The notes: generated by a model not told the origin, from the letters alone. A DNA stretch of 60,898 nt, filler included, from Blastocystis sp. subtype 4 (GCF_000743755.1; 5 parts of 5 records of this genome joined end to end with filler, not necessarily neighbours in it), one strand, 5' to 3'. Positions 24,701 through 37,506 are shown, numbered from the whole stretch's first letter. A program made the numbers and translations.

Positions 24701-26644
24701 TTCTATGTGGGTACTTGTCCTGAAGGTACCTATAAGATCTATGGATCTAAAGAAGATATTGGAGATGATGGGTTTGATTTGTATGAAGAAGATACAGGGA
24801 AACTGGTTGTCCAACGTAGTCTTAGCTATGATCGTCCAAAGCAGTTCATGTTATGCTTAACAGATAAACCATACACAAGTGTATTCTACAAACCTTCCTC
24901 CGATCCAAAGCCTTATTATAGACCAATAACATTCACAGATCCAGAGGGAACTATGCTTGGAATCACAGAGATTGTTAGTATGAATACAGTTCCAAACCGA
25001 TTCCATCTTGTGAATCTCTTCTCTCCTACAGACACATGGAAGATGTGGAGAAACAAGAAGAAAGTGTCAAAGAAGTGGTTACAGAGCAAGTTCGATGATT
25101 CGAAATGGTCAACTTATGCCTATGGTCAGAAAGCTACATTTGACTATGAGATCTCCACGATCTATCTTCGTAGAACCATTGAGATTGATCCACTGGATTC
25201 ATTTGCAGCTGTTCGTGTTCGGTTGCACGTAAATGGAGGAATTATACTTTATCTGAATGGCAACGAAGCTGCTAGATTGAATTTGCCTCAAGGAACAATC
25301 AGTCCGGATACGATGGCTTTCCGTGCAGAGAGATTACAAGATGGAGTCTGGATCTCTCTGAATCCAGCCCTATTCGTAAGTGGTACAAATGTAATCGCTG
25401 CCGAAGTCCATGTCTATAAGACCACAACACCATATGACTTCTCGGTTGATCTTTCAATGGAGCATTTCCAGCTTACCCACCATCAGTTGCTAACTACATT
25501 TGGTGGAACACCTTCATCGCATTCCAATCCTCCTGAAGTGAGTGGCAATGCAGAAGAAGCATTTGATACAAATGATTATAGTTATTGGTTCAGTCAGACA
25601 TTACCTGCTTCCTTACGGTATACATTCCCTAACAATGAGCGTCGATATTGTAATCGAATGCTTATTCGAGGTACTTATAATGATAATTATCAACCTGTGA
25701 TCTTTGAGATTCTTGGTGTGTTGAATGACACAGTGATTGAGAATAACTCGTATCTCTTGAGAGAAGTAACAGATTTGATTGCTGTGATCAATAATCCTTA
25801 TCTCTTTCCTCAGTCCTTTGAGAATTATGTGTTCAAGTTCTATCCAAAGCGTCCTTACCATGCTTATGAGTTGCGTGTTCATTATACCACTAACTCAACA
25901 GAGGAAGTGAGAGTCAATTTTGTGAAATTCTATGCAGAACAAGAGGTCTTCTGTCCACCAATGAAGAACTGGCCAACTGCTATTGGTGACAGTATTTCGT
26001 ATGGTAAATGTGGTTTCTTGAAGCTTGGCAAGTCACAACGCCGTTGTTCTGTGAATCACTACCAACCTGTATGGGAAGAGGAGGATCAAAGTGCTTGTCT
26101 GAGTCGTTTTGCTAGCGCATCCGAAGCGTTTCTTGACCTTGGCTACCGCATTTACAACTGTACATTAGACATCTTTGACTCGATTGTGAGTGATGAACTC
26201 CGATCTGTGCTTGTTCGGGAAATGACCGTGAAAGAGGAAGATGTGTTGTTCTTCTTGCCAACTTCCTGCTCTGATCCAACCGATTATCCTTCTGTATGTA
26301 TTGATGTTCGATTGCGTCCGCATCGTTTAACAAGTGCATATGTGAAGATGGAACTCGATATTTTCAATGCTAATGCCACGAATCTGTTTTACAAGAAGAC
26401 ATCAGAACATATTCCTCCAAACATGCAGATTCTGTTGACAAAGAAGGTTGTTCTCCGAGAACGTCTCTCTGGGAAGGATATTGTTGCCACTATTATCATT
26501 GTTGTTCTTACTATAGCTTATCTCGCCCAATTGTATATGTATTGTAAAGTAACGCGTTCGGGTCGATTCAGTAATCGTAAAACCTTGCCGAAGAAGATGC
26601 AGGAGATGAAGAAGAGGTCCAGTGTTCAAGAAAAGCTGATATAA
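21761..26644 (+). CDS. ~1600-aa type I membrane protein: He_PIG Ig-like repeats, two PA14-like domains, galactose-binding/F5-8C-like domains, HRM-like Cys module, TM
   Basis: Signal peptide; repeated P.LP.GL....G.I.G.P; GYH.I...Y; YLRRT...GIILYLNG.E; C-terminal TM with basic tail. Confidence 0.8.
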
Positions 26645-26824
26645 TTTTGTATTTCTATCCTTTTTGTTGTCGAAATACCTGATGATACCATGAATTTATC
26701 GTACTATTCACAATTCACGTCTGAAGCTTCATTCTTATCCAATCAAAAAGAGCGGGCGTTACGAATCTCGAGTAGTCATCAAAACCCCGCGCACAATTGT
26801 TTGTACGAATCACTATTCTTTTCG

Positions 26825-29800
26825 ATGAGCGAAGATCAAAAGAATATTGAACTCACGAACGTTGTTGTCTCTCACAAGACAGAGGACGTTGTTACTCTTA
26901 CCATCAATCACATCTAGAATAGTGAACTGTTTAAATGGTCTTGCGATGATCTTGGAGCCCCAACTGCTACGAAGAAAGACTCTCTCTTCGATTGGCAGAT
27001 GGAGAACGAGGGGATCAAATCGATTGACCGTTTTGGCGGAGTCGAAGAACTTCTCAAGACGCTGGGAACTGATTCAAAGAATGTAGGTTGAGTTCCAATT
27101 GTGTTTGTGTGTGTCAATGTCAGGAGTAATAATCTAAGCAGTATTGTAGGGATTGACAACAGAACAAGCGAACGATCCTCGTCGGGTTGAATTATATGGC
27201 AGTAACAAAACTGTGGAGAGGAAGGGAGTGACCTATTGCCAATTAGTATGGGAAGGAATGCATGATTTGACCTTAATTCTCCTTACAATTGCTGCTATTA
27301 TATCCATTCTCCTTGGATTGAATACAGATGATGGTTGGTATGATGGTGTCGCTATCATTATTGCTGTTCTTGTTTGTGTGAATGTTACTGCTATTAATGA
27401 TTTGCAAAAGGATAAGCAATTCCGTGCACTCAATTCTATCAACAACAAGAAGATGATCAAGGTATTGCGAGATGGTGAAATGAAACTTGTTGTCACAGAT
27501 GATCTTGTGGTCGGAGATATTATTGAGATTGCTGCAGGAGATATGATTCCTGCTGATGGCTACTATCTCTCGGGTAACAATGTGAAGATGGACGAATCCA
27601 AACTCACAGGAGAGTCAGATCAGGTGGAGAAGGGAGCAAAGAATCCCTTCATTGTATCCTCAACAGAGTGCCATGAAGGATCTCTGAAGATGGTTGTGAC
27701 TGCTGTGGGACCAAACTCAGTGTTTGGTCGTATGCGTTCGATCATCGAATCAGGCAATGATGAAGATACTCCACTCCAAATTAAGTTGGCAAAGCTCGCT
27801 CAGACGCTTTCTGTTATTGGTGCATCAGTTGCTGGTCTCACAGTGATTGTGATGATTGTATTTGGTATTGTGAAATTCGCTACAGGAAATGGAAGTACAG
27901 ATGATCAAGGGAATCCTGTTTGGGGCATGGAAGAATGGAACTATATCATTCAAGCCTTCATTACTGGTGTAGCCATTCTTGTCTTGGCCATTCCTGAAGG
28001 ACTGCCATTATCAGTCACTATTTCTCTTGCTTATTCTGTGAAGAAGATGATGAATGATAAGAATCTGGTGCGTCACTTGTCTGCTTGTGAGACCATGGGA
28101 GGAGCTAACACTATTTGTTCGGATAAGACAGGAACCCTCACTCAAAACCAAATGACTGTGGTTCAAGGATGGGTTTATAATGAAGAGAATCAAGCGAAAA
28201 TGATGAATGAGTTGAAGACGGCAAGTGCTCAGGAATATGAGAGTTTCATTAAGGAATGTGAAAGCATTGCTGAACCTGTGAAGACCAAGTTGATTGAAGA
28301 TGCCATTCTGAACAATGAAGGATTCTTAACAGTGAATTCTGAAGGAAAGGAGCATGGTGTAGGATCAGCTTTGGATGTGGCCTTGCTTCATTGGGTTAAC
28401 AAGCTTCAGGTGGTGTATACAAAGATTCGAGAGACTTATCCTTTGTTGAAGGAAGGAGAATCAGAGACTGCTATAGGTATTTTGCGTCGATATCCATTCC
28501 ACTCGAATCGAAAGCGATCCTCTCTGTTGATCCGTCTTCCTGATGGCAAGTATCGTTTGTATGTGAAGGGAGCTCCTGAGATGGTGATTCGACTCTGTAA
28601 TACTGTGGCTCTGCCTGATGGAAATTTAAAGGAACTCACTGGTGACTTCCAGGAGGATAGCAAGGGTAATCTATCTGGCTTTGGATCTCGTAAGAATCTG
28701 GTTCAACATTGTATCTATCCTATGGCTAGTCAGGCTCTGCGTGTGTTGGCATTCGCTTATCGTGACTTTGAGACTGCTCAGGACTGGGACAAGATGATAA
28801 CATATCAGACAGAGGAACAGAAGGGTGTAGGTGAGTGTCCTGCTGTGGAAGATAATCTCACATTAATTGGATTGCTTGGTTTCCAAGATCCAGTGCGTCC
28901 AGAGGTGCCTGATGCTGTTTTGGCATGTCAGAAGGCTGGTATCTTTGTGCGAATGGTGACAGGAGACAACATGGAGACAGCAAAGGCCATTGCTCGTCAA
29001 TGTAACATCTATCATAACAGTGTGTGGAAGGATCCTAATGGAAAGGAATGGCCTGCTGGTCGTGCGATTCTGGGTAGCCAATTCCGTGAGATCACAGGTG
29101 GTCTGGTGTTACCTCCTCATTTCTATCACAAATGTGATTGTAAGGACTGTAGTAATGATCGTTATTTTGTTCCTGACTTCAAAACACCTGACTATCCTAC
29201 TCACTACGGTTATCCTTCAATTGTGGGTCATAAGGATGAGCATTGTAAGGATTGGACACCTGAGGCAGTAGCTGCTTGAAGGAAAGAGTCAGTGTACAAA
29301 GGAATGCAAGGAACGAGGATGCATGTACCAAGTGAAGAATCCAAATGATGCTCGTCAGCTCCAGCAATTTATGGTAGTGAAGAATCAGGGTCAGTTCGAT
29401 CAGTTTGTGGACACTCTTCAGGTGATGGCTCGTTCAGCTCCTACTGACAAGCATTTGCTGGTGACAGGTCTGATGGAACGTCATCAGGTTGTGGCTGTGA
29501 CTGGAGATGGAACGAATGATGGTCCTGCTCTGGCCAAGTCGAATGTTGGTTTTGCTATGGGAATCACAGGAACCTCTGTAGCTAAGGATGCTTCTGATAT
29601 TGTGTTGATGGATGATAACTTCGTCTCGATTGTGAAGGCTGTGATGTGGGGTCGAAATGTCTATGACTCCATTCGGAAGTTCCTCCAATTCCAACTCACT
29701 GTCTCCTTCGTGGCTTGTACTGTCTCTTTCATTTCGGCTCTTTTCCTCCACGAGTCACCGCTGAGTGCTGTGCAGGTCTTGTGGATCAATCTTGTCATGG

Positions 29801-30463
29801 ACACGATGGCTGCTCTGGCTCTGGCCACTGAAACTCCCACTCCTAAACTGTTGGATCGTCTCCCGTACAGTAAAACGGAGTCATTGATTAGCAATGTGAT
29901 TGTGAGGAATCTGTTGGGCCAGTTAGTATTCCAGCTTGTGATTCTGCTGACTTTGGTGTTCTATGGTCACAAATTATTCAATCTGCCTATTGGATCAGAT
30001 TTGGGTAAGAATGTGGAGCCAGAAACACACTTCACCATGGTATTCAATACATTCGTGTTTATGGGTTTATTCAATGAGATTAACTCGAGACGTATTAACG
30101 ACGAGGCGAATGTATTTGAAAACATTTTCACGAATACGATGTTCTGGGTGATTTTCGTGGTTTCTATTGTTTTGCAGGTTTTGTTGGTACAGTTTGCTGG
30201 ACGTGTGTTTACGACACACCGTTTAACATGGCAAGAGTACTTGTTCTGTTTTGCTATGGGCGTTCTTACCTTGCCATTGTATCAGTTAGCTCGAACGGTA
30301 CCTGCAGATTGGTTTGTAAGTGTTGGTGGCTCCAAACCCGACGATTTTACTCTTCCAAAGGAGAGTATCCTCACAGGACGTAATTCCTTGTCAAAGTCGC
30401 GTTTATCTAGTGTCACTTCTGGTCAATTTGTTGATAGTAAGATGGTGCGTGTATTTACTCAAT
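26825..30463 (+). CDS. PMCA: P2B Ca2+-ATPase (PMCA-type); stop probably completed by poly(A)
   Basis: DESKLTGE, PEGLPL, ICSDKTGTLT, KGAPE, MVTGDN, GDGTNDGPAL, WINLVMDT. Confidence 0.95.
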
Positions 30464-30467
30464 TGCT

Positions 30468-30483
30468 TGTTTCTTAATAAACA
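30468..30483. terminator. Back-to-back 3'-end processing motifs (TGTTTCTT on +, TGTTTATT on -)
   Basis: tgtttcttaataaaca; each motif begins 5 nt after a codon-first T in its gene. Confidence 0.7.
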
Positions 30484-30487
30484 CATG

Positions 30488-31950
30488 AATCATCTTCTTC
30501 GTCCATGTCTTCAACACAGATACTCTCATCACTATCACTTTCATAATCTCGGGTAACATCCTTTGTAGCATCAGGATGATTGATAGCAATGATATTCTCT
30601 GTATCTACAAGAATGCAACCACAGAAGGCATCCTGACAACCATGATCCTAATCCTCACTATTCACATTCACTGGTACTCGAGATGTACTGAAAATGGTGA
30701 TCACACGACCACCCTTGCTTATATTAATTCCCTTCTGGGTCGGTTCATGAGCCCGAACAATGTGAGACATTCCATTTGTATCCAAGAAGTTCTGAATGGC
30801 CTTATCACCATAGCAAATCGCTCCTGGACCACGTTCTCCTTCACCAAATCCTGTTTGATCGAGACGCTTCTCCTGTTCATGCTGGGCTGGATCTGACCAT
30901 AACAAATCACTTGATAGTTGCTTGATTTGCTTTGAGCGAGCATCAGTGGTTGTCACACGCACTGCTGTAGGGCAAGGAATCTTGTTGATACTCTCCAAAG
31001 CAGTTTCCTCTGCTGACAGAGGACGAGGAATACCTCCATGAACACAGAAAATCACATCGTCGATGGTAGCAGCAAAGGGAAGATAATCGAACACAGAATT
31101 CGCCATTGCCCACAGATTCTTTCCCTCATTCACACCATATCGACTCTTCAACTGACCTAAGAAACAACGGTTTCCGTAATATGACTCCCAACCGTTATGT
31201 TAAGTACAAACAATCACAGAGATAAAGGATATGTTAACGGCACGCAATTCATGGTTTCCTCGAAGCATGAACACTTTATCAGGGAGCATGATCTTCTGGG
31301 CAAATAGATAAGATAAAACTTCGATCGAATATTGACCTCGATCGACATAGTCGCCCAAGAACAAAAAGCTTCCTGGTGTCAAGTGCATACCAAGAGGCCA
31401 CAATAGCTTGGAAAAGGCAATCAGATCCGCTATGTTTCCGTGGAAATCACCAAAAACATAGACTGGTGACTTGAGTTTCAAAATTCGAGGTTCGGAATTA
31501 AATACATGTTCTACAATCAGATATGACTCTTAATCCTACTGATTTGATTGCATTGATTCTCAAAAGCTTCCACGAAATCATCCGTTAGAAAGTATGGATT
31601 GGGCATATTCTGACCACATTCTTCGATTATCCGCTCATTATATTCCTCTTGATCATTCTCCTCTTCCACATCCAATAATCCACTTGTAACTTGACTCGCT
31701 GCCCTAGGTTTGACTCATCTTTTATATCCGTTCACCTGGATATCCGATTCTTTTGTACATTGTTCTTATAGAACGTATATAACGTAGGGTTAATAGTATA
31801 TTGCTTTCGTTTTCCTTCTCCTTGTAAGATTGCAAGTTGTTCCTTCAACTGCGTATTCTCTTGGAGCAGGCGTATACAATTGGCGCATACTTCGTTGCTT
31901 TTCTCTTCACTCTTTTTATCTGTATCGGAATTACGGTGTCTCCTCCACAT
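30488..31950 (-). CDS. PPP-family Ser/Thr phosphatase with N-terminal coiled coil; contains an AT-AC intron; stop probably completed by poly(A)
   Basis: GDFHG, GDYVDRG, RGNHE, HGG, WSDP, RAHE, TIFS; start uncertain. Confidence 0.88.
31194..31232 (-). other. U12-type AT-AC intron (39 nt)
   Basis: ATATCCTTT...TACTTAACATAAC; contains an in-frame stop; removal gives RAVN-GWESYYG. Confidence 0.88.
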
Positions 31951-32229
31951 TGGGAAAGAATAACTTGTTTGTCATCGAAGACTGTTTATTGTATCTCATT
32001 TTTTCTACTTGTTACCATTTATATTTGAGGTTTTTAAGATTGATAGGTCTGTGTGGGATGTGAAGAGGGGCCCGAACTGTGTAGAGTGCAATAGAATCAG
32101 TTGCAGCACAATTCCTCAGATACCTACACTTGTATAAAAACGGATTAGGGTCTAAATTACCTTTCTACTGTTGATTCAGCTCTCTCCAATTTGCTACATC
32201 AGTCTGAAACAAACACATTAACAACTGCT

Positions 32230-34636
32230 TCACATTAAGCAACCTCCCTTAAAGACTCGTCGAAAAGCACGGTGAAAATGATTCACTTGATGGGATGACA
32301 TGGAAAGATATGCAAGATTCAACAGACGAAGAGAGTAACTATCGTGTTCCTCAAAGAAATGAAGCCATGAATTCACACCAATCTTTGTAATACCCGTATA
32401 CGATAGATCAACATCATACAAGAATGGTAGAATCCCATCCATTGCATACACACGAAGGAAATCCTCCACGAATATATCATCAACATCGTGATTCCCACTC
32501 AACCGCAATGAACGGAGTCCCTGACAATACGGAGATCTCTCAAAAGCTCTTACAAGAAAGGCACAATCCCGTTTGCATAGAGTACAATTCACTAACTGCA
32601 ATTTATGGAGATTGGATGCTGCCGCTGAACACAACCAGGTACAAAGGTATTGACCAATGCAGCGAATATTCAACGAGATGACCGTAAGATGTCGCAGCTG
32701 ACATGATACATCAGTAGGGAACGACTGAATACAATACTCGATACCCTTTCGCCCACTACTATTGTCCTCAAAACACAACGTATTGAGATAACGCATGTCC
32801 ACAAACCGTTTCAAATAACCCACAACAAGTTTCAAATCCTCATCCGTTAGCGGGTTGTGAGTGATATTCAGCTCACGAATACAAATCACATATGATTTAC
32901 GACTCATCAATCGCTTCCACAGAGATGGAGTAAAGGAACCAAGGAAATTACTGCTGACATCCAGAAGCGTCATTGAATGACGAATCGACGAAAAAAGGTG
33001 CAATAAGCTCTTCTCTTCCAGATTATTAACACGCAGAATCAGTGTATGGAGATTCTGGGCTTTCGAGGATCGCAACCAGAGAGACAACTCTTTGAGAGGA
33101 GTATCAGTAAGACCCACATTCTCAAAGTTTAGAGAACGGAATGCTGTGCAGGGAGAGTTTAAGAGGCACTGAAAGAATTGAGACAACGCAGGAGCAATCT
33201 CAGGATTGTTTCCCACATCCAGAAGCGTCATGTTTTCTGAAAATGAACTGCTCAGAAACACACCCAAGGCATCGACTTCAGTCACTCCAATGTTGCAGTG
33301 ATTCAATTGAAGACACTCCAGCATAGGACACACCCCTTTCGACAAAGCCAGAATCCATGGAGTCAACGTGTTACCGAGCTTGATATTCTCGGAGAGGTTA
33401 AGACTTCGTAAATTGGGGCATAGAAAATTACTCAAAGGGGGAATAAGCACTTCCATCCCAGCACATGTCAATGCGTTCTGAGAGAGATCGATTCGCTCCA
33501 AGGTACCTAACAAGCCACGCTCCGCAGCTAGAGCAAGAGAAACCATACAACTGTCGGTTAAATGAGTATTGCTTAGTAAAAGTTGCTTCAATGGAGGAGT
33601 CGTTGTGGTTATCGAAACATCTTCAAGTGGCCATAGCGACTGAGCCAATACCTCAAATCCGTCACGGCCTAGAGGTACATTGTGCAAGTCCAGTTCCACC
33701 AGAGACTGACACTGAGCCATCTTAGTAGAACGAAAAAGCAATTTCAGTCCATCAGCAGCACGAAGAATAAAGGTTAGACGAGAGAGAACACAGGAGAGGA
33801 CCGAATTACACAAGGAGGCAAACTTTGATGCAAAAAATGGAGAAAACTCATTCTCTTGAATCACAATTTCAGCATTGAACGAATTAGAAATCATGTCCAT
33901 ATTCTTCTCCCGCTGAATACGACAACAAAGAGCATCCAGAATTTCCAATAAGGCCCACTCTCCAACAAAATAGAGTCCCAAAGAATTTAGTTCCATAAAG
34001 CCATCATTCCGGAGAAGAGACGTAAATTCCTTCAAATCACCTTCTCGAGGTTCACCAACTAGATTAATACGCTTTAGAAAAGTACTTAAATGAATAGCAT
34101 CGATCCAACCGGACGAAGCATCTAAAGAGACACAACTATGTGATATTTTAACTAACTTTCGGAAATAACGATTCACTAACTTCAAGTTCAACTGCGTAGG
34201 AACATCCAAATAAGCTACCATTTCCATCATAGTAGAACTACGAATTCGAGACAAATTGACTGTTCCGCTCTCACTACACTCAGGATACATTGCTGAAAGC
34301 CGCATTTTATAGCGGTTCAGACGCATGTTGTACAAAGCTTGCACTTTCTTCTTTGCCTCACTATGGTCTCGAACAGGTGTTACTTCATCTGGAAAAGAAG
34401 AATCTAGATCAACATTCCAAAAATAATATACCAGAAAAAGGTGTTTCCTCAAACTCTGTTTGAACCCCCATTTTCGAAAGTACAGAGTCGATGTTGGTTC
34501 CACTTTCCAACCCAGAGATACTGATACGATTACTGTGATTACGATGCAACCGTCGTCGTCGTCGAATGGAAATGTCTTCATCAAAAACTGGAGGTGTTGA
34601 ACAAAACAAGGGTTCTTTCGACGTATTCTGACCCAT
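32230..34636 (-). CDS. F-box-like plus RI-type leucine-rich repeat protein, possibly N-myristoylated (MGQNTS)
   Basis: YLDVPTQLNLKLVNRYF F-box-like segment; many L..L.L..N.L repeats; intron near 34405-34431 joins PFS-DSSF. Confidence 0.75.
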
Positions 34637-34822
34637 GTCAGGTGAATATGTTTGAGGGATCTGTGTCCAGTGATCGAATAATTATGATTACTATGGAACA
34701 CAACACAAATCAGAAACACATGTACTCACAGAAGTACACCAGTTCTTAACTCTCCTATACTTACCACCGAAGAAGCGGAAAGAGTAGCAATCGAATCGTA
34801 ATCACATCCATTTTTCTTCATC

Positions 34823-36184
34823 ATGGAGAACACAAATCTCCTATTACCAACAGCTTCTGAAGAATCCAAGACTGAGAATACACAACAATCGTGGGTGGAT
34901 CGAAAGTGTAGTTATCAGGGACTCCTAGCTCTCTTCTTTTTTATGAATCTTCTTAACTATCTCGAGAGAGTTGTAATTTCGGGTAGTTCTGAAAAAATAC
35001 TCGAGTTTGTCAGGAAATCAGTACCAACCCATGAAAATACGTTTTTTGGCGCTCTTACGAGTGTTTTTATTTGCGGTTTTTCAATCGCTAGTATTCTCTT
35101 TGGCTATTATGTTACTCTCTTTCCACCTTTTCGTGTTGTATCGTTTGGTTTATTGTGCTGGTTTTGTGCTTCAATTGCTAGTGGTTTGGCACCCAATTAC
35201 TGGGTCCTTCTAGTTGCAAGAATGCTTAGCGGTGTTGGCGAGGCGGCCTTCCAAATCGTTATTCCTGCTTATATTAATGAAGTTTCTCCAAAAGAAAAGT
35301 TGGGCTCATCGATGGCTCTTTTGTATGCTGCTATCTCTATCGGAACAGCAATTGGATTCATGCTTTCTGGTTGGGTGTCCCAGTACTATTCGTGGAGACT
35401 CTTGTACTTGTGTGTAGCTCCTCTTATGTTACCAGCAATAATCATTCTGTATTTCGTCTCCTATGAACCTTCAAAGAAAAGTGAAGAAAAGATGTTATTT
35501 GTACAAGCCACTTGGAGTTTACTGAAGAGTCCTATGTTCATTTGTTCCTTCTTGGCCGAAGCGGCTGGTGTTTACTTATGTGGGGCCTATCTCGCTTTCG
35601 GTAATCAGTTACTTCTTCATCTAGGCTTCTTTACAGATGAAGCTGTTTCTTCTCTAGTTTATGGCGCGATTTGTTGTCTTGCTGGTATTGTGGGGTCAGT
35701 GGTAGGAGGATGGACGTTGAATAGAATGGGTGTAGACGAGTCGTTCTCGCAAACCCACTGTCTGTACTGCTATTCGAAGCATTTTCTCATTTGTGGAATC
35801 TTTTGTACTGTTTTCTTCTCCTTCACCGTTTTCAGTGTTCGACATCATCTCGTTTTCTTTGTTGCATTTTTCTTTGGATTCACCAGTCTTTTTGCTAGTA
35901 ATCCATCCTGGACACTTATTGTTCTCAACTCGGCAGCTCCATTTGTTCGTCCAATGGCTTTAGGTGTGGCTACTGTGTTCTATCATATATTTGGCGATGT
36001 TCCTGCACCTGTGATTGTTGGTCGCTTTTTGGACTTATGTTTACATCGAGCAGGATCCAACCCGCACAAACAATGGATGTCCTACTTGTACACACATTGG
36101 TTTATTCTTCTTTCTGTTATCGCTCTCTTATTCATGGCCCTATGTATATTTGGATTAGTTCGTAAAGACTATGTAAAGGAATAA
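34823..36184 (+). CDS. Spinster-family MFS transporter (intronless)
   Basis: NLLNYLER, RMLSGVGEA, HIFGDVPAPVIVG; about 12 TM. Confidence 0.85.
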   Translation: MENTNLLLPTASEESKTENTQQSWVDRKCSYQGLLALFFFMNLLNYLERVVISGSSEKILEFVRKSVPTHENTFFGALTSVFICGFSIASILFGYYVTLFPPFRVVSFGLLCWFCASIASGLAPNYWVLLVARMLSGVGEAAFQIVIPAYINEVSPKEKLGSSMALLYAAISIGTAIGFMLSGWVSQYYSWRLLYLCVAPLMLPAIIILYFVSYEPSKKSEEKMLFVQATWSLLKSPMFICSFLAEAAGVYLCGAYLAFGNQLLLHLGFFTDEAVSSLVYGAICCLAGIVGSVVGGWTLNRMGVDESFSQTHCLYCYSKHFLICGIFCTVFFSFTVFSVRHHLVFFVAFFFGFTSLFASNPSWTLIVLNSAAPFVRPMALGVATVFYHIFGDVPAPVIVGRFLDLCLHRAGSNPHKQWMSYLYTHWFILLSVIALLFMALCIFGLVRKDYVKE

Positions 36185-36248
36185 CGTGTTGATTGCAAAA
36201 TAACAAATCAAAAGAAACTAGGGTTGCTTATCACAACGGCCATGACTG

Positions 36249-37506
36249 TTAAATAGAAGCCTCTGGAGCAGAAGACACATATGTCTGCTGCGACTGGAGT
36301 GCAGAGTCAACTGGATGAGAATCTACAGCAGAGGCAGTGGTCAACTCAACAGTAGTTGTAGGTATTGACTCATCGCCCTCTGGAGCCGATGCCACAACCT
36401 GGATGGACTCAACAGATTCGGAAATGTCTTTCGAGACTTCATCATTCTTTGATTCACCAGACTTCACATCCTCTTTCATTTCAGTCGATGGCTTATCACT
36501 CACAGGGAGTTCCAACACATTCACCTTTCCGAACTGTTTCGAGTTGGGCATAGCAATGATGAAACACATCACAACAAATGCCAGGAAGGAGACGACCATA
36601 CATGAATAGTACGTAGCATCCCGATTCACTGAATAGATGGCAGACAGTACCATTGGACTCACAATCAACGAGATCTGCTGACAAGAATTGTTCCATGAGA
36701 GAACCTTCCCTTGTACCTCAGGAACATTTGTCGTACTAATAATCGAAGAAGAAGTTGGAGTTGCAAAACAATAACCAACAACAAGAATTAACGTGCCTAT
36801 CATCACAATCACAATATTCGGCATAGACATCAGAAGATAACCTATCATCTCGAGAACAATACCAAATTGAGCCACATATGGAATAGGAACACCCCGAGTG
36901 CGAACAATGTAGCCATATAAGAAAGCTTGTTGGAGACATGATACTACACCCGAATAGGAAAGTGATGAAAATCCAAACTTATTGCTTAGGAAAGAGGCAA
37001 GTCGAGAATCCATAGCCTGAACAACCCATCGATTCAGGAATTCGAAAGTGAGACAGAGAATCATGAGTTTGTTGGGACGAACTTTGATACCCTTGCGACG
37101 CTCTCGAATTGAAGCATACTTCGCATTGATGCGATCTTGTACCTCCTTCTTTGCCTCTATTCTTAACATCTTCATCGTTCATCTACCTCCTGTCTTTCCT
37201 TTCATTTCAGAACGGAGTTCATAGATTACATGAACATCCTTATTTGTCTCCTCCATCATAAACAGTGCGAACAGCAAAGCAATACCAGCAACTCCTCCAG
37301 CGAAATACAGAGGGAATGAATAATTCTTTGAACCCAAGAAACCACCAATCGCAGGACCAATAATGAATGCAGCCGAAACCACAGCTTCCAGATACGCAAG
37401 GAACTTATTTCGATCTTCCACAGAAGTACAATCAGCAATCAAACTACACATTCATATGTCACATATACTCATACGCCTGTGTTACAATTGGAGAACCAGC
37501 AAACAA
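36249..37506 (-). CDS. MFS transporter (TetA/MFSD10-14-like), 5' truncated
   Basis: LFAGS, IADCT..EDR, FIIGPAIGG, VQGKVL. Confidence 0.8.

Noticed and set aside
29277..29279. In-frame TGA in PMCA as selenocysteine, readthrough or pseudogene
   Set aside because: The downstream ORF is in a different frame; a short intron removes the TGA and restores the frame
34637..34719. ORF-track N-terminus of the LRR protein
   Set aside because: Non-ATG start; a spliced MGQNTS first exon at 34636 is more plausible
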